From an uncultured Terracidiphilus sp. (lineage in GTDB: Bacteria; Acidobacteriota; Terriglobia; Terriglobales; Acidobacteriaceae), in contig CAYOVE010000001.1 in the NCBI GenBank assembly GCA_964407295.1, forward strand, positions 6,450 to 70,449: a stretch of 64,000 bases of DNA. Reading direction: 5' to 3'. A program made the translations under genes and the position numbers. This document shows, one piece after another, positions 58,551-64,000 of this stretch; position 1 is the stretch's first letter; each line of letters starts with the position of its first letter. The notes beneath the pieces were generated by a model. That model saw only the letters and a list, made by a program, of their open reading frames with translations. It searched no databases and had not been told where the DNA came from.

Positions 58551-59444
58551 TCAAGACTCCTTCAGCGTTTCAACTTCACGGCGGTACCACATTTTCCGCA
58601 GGTCACGAAGTTTGGTCGCGATCGATTCGGGAACGCGATCCACCAGACGATGATGCATGCCCAGGCGCAAAGCCACCCGTCCAAAACTCGTGATCGGGAC
58701 GTAATAGCGGGGAAGATCGACCCGCTGGAAGCCGTTGACCTCTTTGAAGTGACTGAGGCTATCACCCTGCTTATTGCCGTAATTAAAGTGTTCGTATACG
58801 AGATAGGGAACATTCTGTTCCGCGCAATACCGTACCGCCTGAGCGATAAGTCCGTTGGTGGGAGCCTTGTCGTTATGCTGCATCATGGAGAGGATATGCA
58901 CGATGCAAGCCTGGGTGCGGCTCTCATCCATCGACAGTTTGATGAATCCGATCATCGTCTCACCGACGAACGCGCCGATGTAGGTGCTGCGATCAAGAAA
59001 TGTCCCGGCATATTCCCGCGCCCGTTCCATCGTCATTCCAAATAGCGGGAACCGCTTGCCCTGGCGCACAGGAGACTCGTTGTAAATCCCGCAGATACCC
59101 TTAAGCAGTTCGTCTCCAAATGCGACTTCCCGAAACACCACTCCCCGCTTCTCGGCTTGCCGCGCCCGGTTACGCGGATACGAACGGATCTGGTTTTTCC
59201 ACCAGTTTTCAAAAGTCGACACACGGAGAACCGCCAAATTATCCATCTCCATCGGATATGAATACTGGGGCAACGCTTCGGGTAACTTCTGCAGGAAGGT
59301 GAAAAGGTCGGCGCGAGATCCGCAATTCCGCAGACCCCTCAGAACTGCCTCAGGATCATTTGGAAAGGTGTACTTTTCGCCTTCCAGACGTGCGATCTTG
59401 ACGAATCGCCCTTTGATCTGGATTTCATTCTCGCAAACCTTCAT
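58551..59444 (-). CDS. FemAB/GNAT-like hypothetical protein
   Basis: RNRARQAEKRGV helix motif, APTN.L, L.HFK...GF, all typical of the Fem/acetyltransferase-6 fold; AGGA RBS before ATG 59444. Confidence 0.65.
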   Translation of the reverse strand: MKVCENEIQIKGRFVKIARLEGEKYTFPNDPEAVLRGLRNCGSRADLFTFLQKLPEALPQYSYPMEMDNLAVLRVSTFENWWKNQIRSYPRNRARQAEKRGVVFREVAFGDELLKGICGIYNESPVRQGKRFPLFGMTMERAREYAGTFLDRSTYIGAFVGETMIGFIKLSMDESRTQACIVHILSMMQHNDKAPTNGLIAQAVRYCAEQNVPYLVYEHFNYGNKQGDSLSHFKEVNGFQRVDLPRYYVPITSFGRVALRLGMHHRLVDRVPESIATKLRDLRKMWYRREVETLKES

Positions 59445-59527
59445 GAGCGCTGATCCTTTCCTTTTTCGTGCCGCCGAAACCGGCCACCAAGATTCAGCGG
59501 CATTGGACACCACGCACACAAGGACAC

Positions 59528-60451
59528 TTATCTGTTGTCGACGCTGGTAGGTACAACGACACTGCAGGCGGCAACACGTGAATTCCCGCTTAAGAACTTC
59601 TTCAGGCGGTGCATCTGTTCGTGCCTGACAAACGCCACGAGCTCTGGAGGGATTGGAATCTCAGCTCGCCGAATAAACGACCAGCCATATCCAGCTCCCA
59701 GCGCCAGACCTCCAAGCACGTACGGCGGGTTCTTGATCTGGTAGACGGTCCGAAAAATCTGCCAGAGCGGGTGATTGCCGACCGAATAATCCTTCATGCC
59801 AAGCCTGAATTTGGCTTTCAAGCCGCCATGGAGTGCTGTTCCCATCAGGCGATGATGCATGCAGACTCTTTCGGTGAAGGTTTTTGTTTGCCAGCCGTGC
59901 AGCCGTGCCGAAAGAACAGCGACATGATCGATGCATCCGCCCTTCAATGGCATGTATCCACCGATGGCCTCGAAGCATTCGCGCCGGAATAACTGGCATC
60001 CGCCCCAGACATTTTCAATATTTGTAAATCGATAGTCGTATTGAAAATTTCCTTCACGGAAGGGAGCACCGGCGACTCCGAGCCGCTCGTTTTCACTCAT
60101 CTTGCCAATGAGAAACTCAAAATGGTCAGGCTCGAAAGAAACATCGGCGTCGAGATTTCCAACCACATCAAAGGCGAGATCCCTGACCCTTTCATAACCG
60201 GCATTAAACGCTCCAACCTTACCCGCAAAATGCCGCTCCTTGCGCGCAGGCATCTGGACGAACTCAATCCACTCGCATTGGGCCGAGGCCTTGCGCACGA
60301 TTTCATCCGTTTGGTCGGTCGAGCCATCGCTTACGATCACCCACCGCATTGGACGATATGTCTGCGCAATCATTGACTGAATTGTTAAGCCAATGAATTC
60401 CGCTTCATTCCGCGCGGGGGTAATGAGTACGTAGCTTAGGAGCTTTGGCAT
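59528..60451 (-). CDS. Glycosyltransferase family 2
   Basis: ITPARNE, SDGSTD, NLDAD, FRR.CF..IGG. Confidence 0.9.
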   Translation of the reverse strand: MPKLLSYVLITPARNEAEFIGLTIQSMIAQTYRPMRWVIVSDGSTDQTDEIVRKASAQCEWIEFVQMPARKERHFAGKVGAFNAGYERVRDLAFDVVGNLDADVSFEPDHFEFLIGKMSENERLGVAGAPFREGNFQYDYRFTNIENVWGGCQLFRRECFEAIGGYMPLKGGCIDHVAVLSARLHGWQTKTFTERVCMHHRLMGTALHGGLKAKFRLGMKDYSVGNHPLWQIFRTVYQIKNPPYVLGGLALGAGYGWSFIRRAEIPIPPELVAFVRHEQMHRLKKFLSGNSRVAACSVVVPTSVDNR

Positions 60452-60527
60452 CTTTATTCCGTCTTGGCGCGCCGCTGTGAAGATGTTGCGGTGTTTCAAT
60501 TCTGATTTTTGTCTTGCCTGTTCAAGT

Positions 60528-61766
60528 TCAGTCCTTGGGGACAAATATCGCTTCCTCGACGGCGTCGGCGCCGACGCCGGCATTGCCCAGGAACTCAAGA
60601 ATCTCCTTTGCTACTCGCTGTTGCTGAGCTTCGGCAAGATGCGGGAACATGGGAATGGAGAGAATCTCGGTAGAAACCCTTTCGGCAATCGGGAAATCTC
60701 CGGGGCTGTAATTCAGCGAGAGATATGCCTTTTGTAAATGGAGCGGAATTGGATAGTGAATTCCGATTCCGATGCCGGCGTCCTTCAAATGGCTCATCAG
60801 GCGCTCGCGATTGTTGGTGCGGATGACATAAAGGTGATACACGGCGCGAGACCAGGATGGCTCGAAAGGTACGCTTAAAGTTTCATCGCCATCGAGAAGG
60901 CGGTTGTAGAGCGTAGCCCGTTCCCGGCGTTGCTGGTTCCACTCCGCGAGATGAGCCAGTTTGGCGTTCAGGATCCCCGCCTGAATCGTGTCCAACCGCC
61001 CGTTGTACCCTTCCATATCATGGAAGTACTTCTTCGCTTGCCCATGATCGCGGAGCATTCTGACTTTTGCCGCAACGTCCGCGTCATTGGTTGTGACCGC
61101 GCCACCTTCGCCACAAGCTCCCAGGTTCTTGCCTGGGTAAAAGCTGAATGCAGCAGCACGGCCCATCGAGCCGGCTTTCATCCATCGATTCGATCTCTTA
61201 GAGAAATACTCCGCGCCGTGCGCCTGGCAAGCATCTTCAATCACCGTGAGACCGTACCGGTCCGCCAGGGTCAGTATCGCGTCCATGTCAGCCATTTGCC
61301 CGTATAAGTGGACCGGCACTATGGCGGTAACCGGCCTCCCGCTCCTCAGGCTGATGAGCTTTCCGGCGCTGTTCCGGACACACTGCTTTTCCAGAAAGCG
61401 TTCGAGCATATGCACCGAGATGTTGTAGGTGCGCTCGTCGATATCGACAAACTCCGGAATCGCCCGGGCCTGGGAGATGGCCTCCGTGGTGGCGATGAAC
61501 GTGTTGGGGACCGTGATCACAACATCGCCCGGCCCGACACCGCAGGCCATCAATGCAAAACGTAGCGCGTCGGTTCCGCTGCTGACAGCCACGGCATGCC
61601 CGGCGGAACAGAAGCCGGCAAAGGCGGCTTCAAACTCCTCCACCATCGGACCGCCAATGAACCCTGCGGTTTTGAGGGCCCGGCGAAAGACTTCCGTGAG
61701 AGGTTCCTCCAGCTCCACATGCGGCGTAATCAGATCAAGGAATGGTATTTGAGTGGCTTCTGACAT
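60528..61766 (-). CDS. DegT/DnrJ/EryC1/StrS sugar aminotransferase (WbpE/FdtB-like)
   Basis: IPFLDL, SGTDAL, VHLYGQ, EDACQAHGA, SFYPGKNLGACGEGG, G.N.RLD, IHYP; GAGGAG RBS. Confidence 0.92.
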   Translation of the reverse strand: MSEATQIPFLDLITPHVELEEPLTEVFRRALKTAGFIGGPMVEEFEAAFAGFCSAGHAVAVSSGTDALRFALMACGVGPGDVVITVPNTFIATTEAISQARAIPEFVDIDERTYNISVHMLERFLEKQCVRNSAGKLISLRSGRPVTAIVPVHLYGQMADMDAILTLADRYGLTVIEDACQAHGAEYFSKRSNRWMKAGSMGRAAAFSFYPGKNLGACGEGGAVTTNDADVAAKVRMLRDHGQAKKYFHDMEGYNGRLDTIQAGILNAKLAHLAEWNQQRRERATLYNRLLDGDETLSVPFEPSWSRAVYHLYVIRTNNRERLMSHLKDAGIGIGIHYPIPLHLQKAYLSLNYSPGDFPIAERVSTEILSIPMFPHLAEAQQQRVAKEILEFLGNAGVGADAVEEAIFVPKD

Positions 61767-62259
61767 TGATCTCCTCGCTTGGTGTTTCAATGGACCGCAG
61801 AACCCGGGCCGGGTTTCCAACCACAACCGTATTGGGTGGGACGTCTTTCGTAACGACGCTCCCGGCGCCCACAATCGAATTTTCTCCGACGCTCAAATTG
61901 CACAAAAGCGTGACGCCGGAGCCGATCGACGCGCCTTTTCGCACCACCGTGGGCTTGACTTCCCAGTCCGTGCCGGTCTGCAGCGTCCCATCCGCGTTCG
62001 TTGACCGCGGGTAGGTATCGTTAGTGAAAATCACTCCGTGACCAATGAAGACGTTGTCTTCAATGTCCACGCCCTCGCAGATGAACGAGTGACTCGAGAC
62101 CTTGCATCGCTTCCCGACCCGGGCATTTTTCTGGATTTCGACAAATGCTCCGATCTTGGTCTCATCTCCGATCTCGCATCCGTAAAGATTGATAAATTGC
62201 GACAGTTTCACGTTCGCGCCGAGCTTCACGTCTGCCGCGACGGAATTGAATTCGTTCAT
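61735..62259 (-). CDS. Hexapeptide-repeat sugar N-acetyltransferase (WbpD/WlbB-like)
   Basis: Left-handed beta-helix repeats, FTND.YP, GASIG, GAGSVVTKDV, GNPAR. Confidence 0.9.
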   Translation of the reverse strand: MNEFNSVAADVKLGANVKLSQFINLYGCEIGDETKIGAFVEIQKNARVGKRCKVSSHSFICEGVDIEDNVFIGHGVIFTNDTYPRSTNADGTLQTGTDWEVKPTVVRKGASIGSGVTLLCNLSVGENSIVGAGSVVTKDVPPNTVVVGNPARVLRSIETPSEEINVRSHSNTIP

Positions 62260-63254
62260 AAGCGGACAAACGCTCCTTTCTTGTTCAGAGATTGGCTCGC
62301 GGCCTCAAGCATTCGTACAACCCGGAGCCCCGCGTGGCCGTTATTGAATGGCTCATTGCCGGTCGTGATGCACTCTACGAAATAGGTGAGCTCTTGGCGC
62401 AGGGCTTCAATCTGCTCCAGTTGCGGCGACCACATATCTCCTGAGCGGTAACTGACCAGAAGATCGTAAACGCCTTCGCGGCTCTTGATCTTGACTCCCT
62501 TGTCGTAGACCTTCACTTTTTCGTCGGCCTCAAGATCGTTCCAAACGATCATTCGCTTCTCGCCGCCAATCAGCGTCGTCCTCACCTTGACCGGAGACAA
62601 CCAGTTCACGTTGATGTGGGCGATGATCTTGTCGGGAAAATAGAGAGTCATGTACGCCACGTCTTCGTGTCCGTTGAGGTGGCCTTGCCCGGTCGCCACG
62701 ACCGCTTCGGGACTCGCTTTGATGAGATGATCCATGATCGAAAGATCGTGCGGCGCCAGGTCCCATAGCACATTGACGTCGTGCTGAAAAAGACCAAGAT
62801 TAACGCGAGTCGAGTCGTAGTAATAAAGATTTCCCAGTGCGCCCTCGTTGATCAGCTGCGCAATCCGTCTGACCGCACCCGTGAAAAGAAACGTGTGGTC
62901 AACCATCACTTTCAAGTTCTTCTGTTCCGCGAGGTTGACCAGTTCCTCTCCTTGAGCCACCGTGCTGGTAAACGGCTTTTCGACAAAGGCGTGTTTCCCA
63001 TTCTCCAGGGCGGCTTTAGTTAACTCATAATGGGTCCAGACTGGCGAAACGATTGCCACTGCATCGATGTGAGGCGACGTGATCACTTCCATTGCACTGG
63101 CCGTTATGGTCGCTCCCGGATAGGCTTTTCGGGCGCGCGCTTGCGCGGCTGGACTCACATCCGAAATTGCGCGGACCGCAACGCCTTCAAGGTTGGCAAG
63201 ATTCCGGACGATGTTCGGACCCCAGTAGCCGTACCCGATTACTCCGAAGTCCAT
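62256..63254 (-). CDS. Gfo/Idh/MocA oxidoreductase (WbpB/WlbA-like sugar 3-dehydrogenase)
   Basis: GYGYWG, VEKP, DHTF, WDLAPHD; AGGAG RBS before ATG 63254. Confidence 0.9.
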   Translation of the reverse strand: MDFGVIGYGYWGPNIVRNLANLEGVAVRAISDVSPAAQARARKAYPGATITASAMEVITSPHIDAVAIVSPVWTHYELTKAALENGKHAFVEKPFTSTVAQGEELVNLAEQKNLKVMVDHTFLFTGAVRRIAQLINEGALGNLYYYDSTRVNLGLFQHDVNVLWDLAPHDLSIMDHLIKASPEAVVATGQGHLNGHEDVAYMTLYFPDKIIAHINVNWLSPVKVRTTLIGGEKRMIVWNDLEADEKVKVYDKGVKIKSREGVYDLLVSYRSGDMWSPQLEQIEALRQELTYFVECITTGNEPFNNGHAGLRVVRMLEAASQSLNKKGAFVRL

Positions 63255-63484
63255 AAGTATTTCTCCTACTGCGCGATCCGCGCAGCCAGCTTCACTCAGA
63301 GAGCACAGAAGCCGTTCCTGTTCTGAGCGCAACTAGAATCGCGTCGCGAAAGTTTTGTTTGTTTTTTGAGTGAACGAGTGCCGCAGGGCGTCTCGTCGTT
63401 GCGATCCGACCGATGCGACCGCTACACAAGCCGGCCACATTGACTCTCTGGGCTCAAGATCCAGGAGGACGGGGGATTTAAAGT

Positions 63485-64000
63485 TCAATAAGCTCCCGAA
63501 CCGCGAATGACTGCCCCCGGAGTGCGCAGCAGGATCTTGAGATCCAGCCACGGCGTCCAGGTTGAAGCATAACGAAGATCCAACCGCACCATTTCATCGA
63601 ATCGAACGCTGCTACGGCCCATGACTTGCCATAGTCCTGTAATTCCCGGCTTTACGGCCAGCAGGCGATGCCTGTGCCAAGTCTGATAGGCTGCCAGTTC
63701 GTATGGAATCGGCGGGCGCGGCCCAACCAGAGACATCTCACCCTTCAGCACATTAAGGAACTGCGGAAGTTCATCGAGGCTGGTTCTCCGCAATACCTTG
63801 CCCACGCGCGTAATTCTCTTATCGTTTGTAAGCTTGTAGATATTTGCGCCACTCTCTTTAGGCGCCGATTCGCCAGGCTTACTCGCGATGAGCCGCGTTA
63901 CAAAGTCTTTGTGTACCTTGCTGTCGTTATTTACTAACATTGAGCGAAACTTGAGGAATGTAAAAGTCTGTCCGTACCGCCCGACTCTTTGTTGGCGATA
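63485..64000 (-). CDS. Priming sugar-phosphate transferase (bacterial sugar transferase domain), 5'-truncated by the window edge
   Basis: Frame open to 64000: RQQRVG..G..F...[41 protein letters not shown]. Confidence 0.93.
   Translation of the reverse strand, partial: YRQQRVGRYGQTFTFLKFRSMLVNNDSKVHKDFVTRLIASKPGESAPKESGANIYKLTNDKRITRVGKVLRRTSLDELPQFLNVLKGEMSLVGPRPPIPYELAAYQTWHRHRLLAVKPGITGLWQVMGRSSVRFDEMVRLDLRYASTWTPWLDLKILLRTPGAVIRGSGAY

Noticed and set aside
1-64000. CRISPR arrays, tRNA/rRNA, transposases, integrases and frameshifted pseudogenes
   Set aside because: None was recognised by eye; a formal scan was not possible

Overview
GC-rich bacterial DNA, probably Acidobacteriota; this is inferred from the choice-of-anchor-D/FN3 surface proteins and general gene style and was not verified by search. 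Almost the whole window (2493-64000) is one co-directional minus-strand surface-polysaccharide biosynthesis locus of about 50 genes. It runs off the right edge inside a priming sugar transferase and ends at a 12-bp hairpin terminator near 2400. In transcription order it encodes: a 3-oxidase/N-acetyltransferase/aminotransferase amino-sugar trio; GT2/GT4 transferases; a Fem/GNAT-like protein and a Cys-less AsnB-like ligase; Wzy/WaaL; an AAC(3)-FkbH-ACP-methyltransferase acylation module; an AlgD-like dehydrogenase; a secreted beta-helix protein; Wzx; a GHMP kinase; Wzm/Wzt; a pyruvyltransferase; a legionaminic-acid-type nonulosonate pathway with three extra oxidoreductases; a 12-kb partly duplicated block of acyltransferase-3 and large GT-C-like membrane proteins; DUF4910; LegC; and a terminal deacetylase/flavoprotein/ATP-grasp trio. 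On the left, two tandem plus-strand FN3-ended surface proteins converge on the locus. No rRNA, tRNA, CRISPR array or mobile element was recognised. All product calls come from motifs recognised by eye; several start codons were moved from the ORF track using RBS and stop/start overlap evidence.
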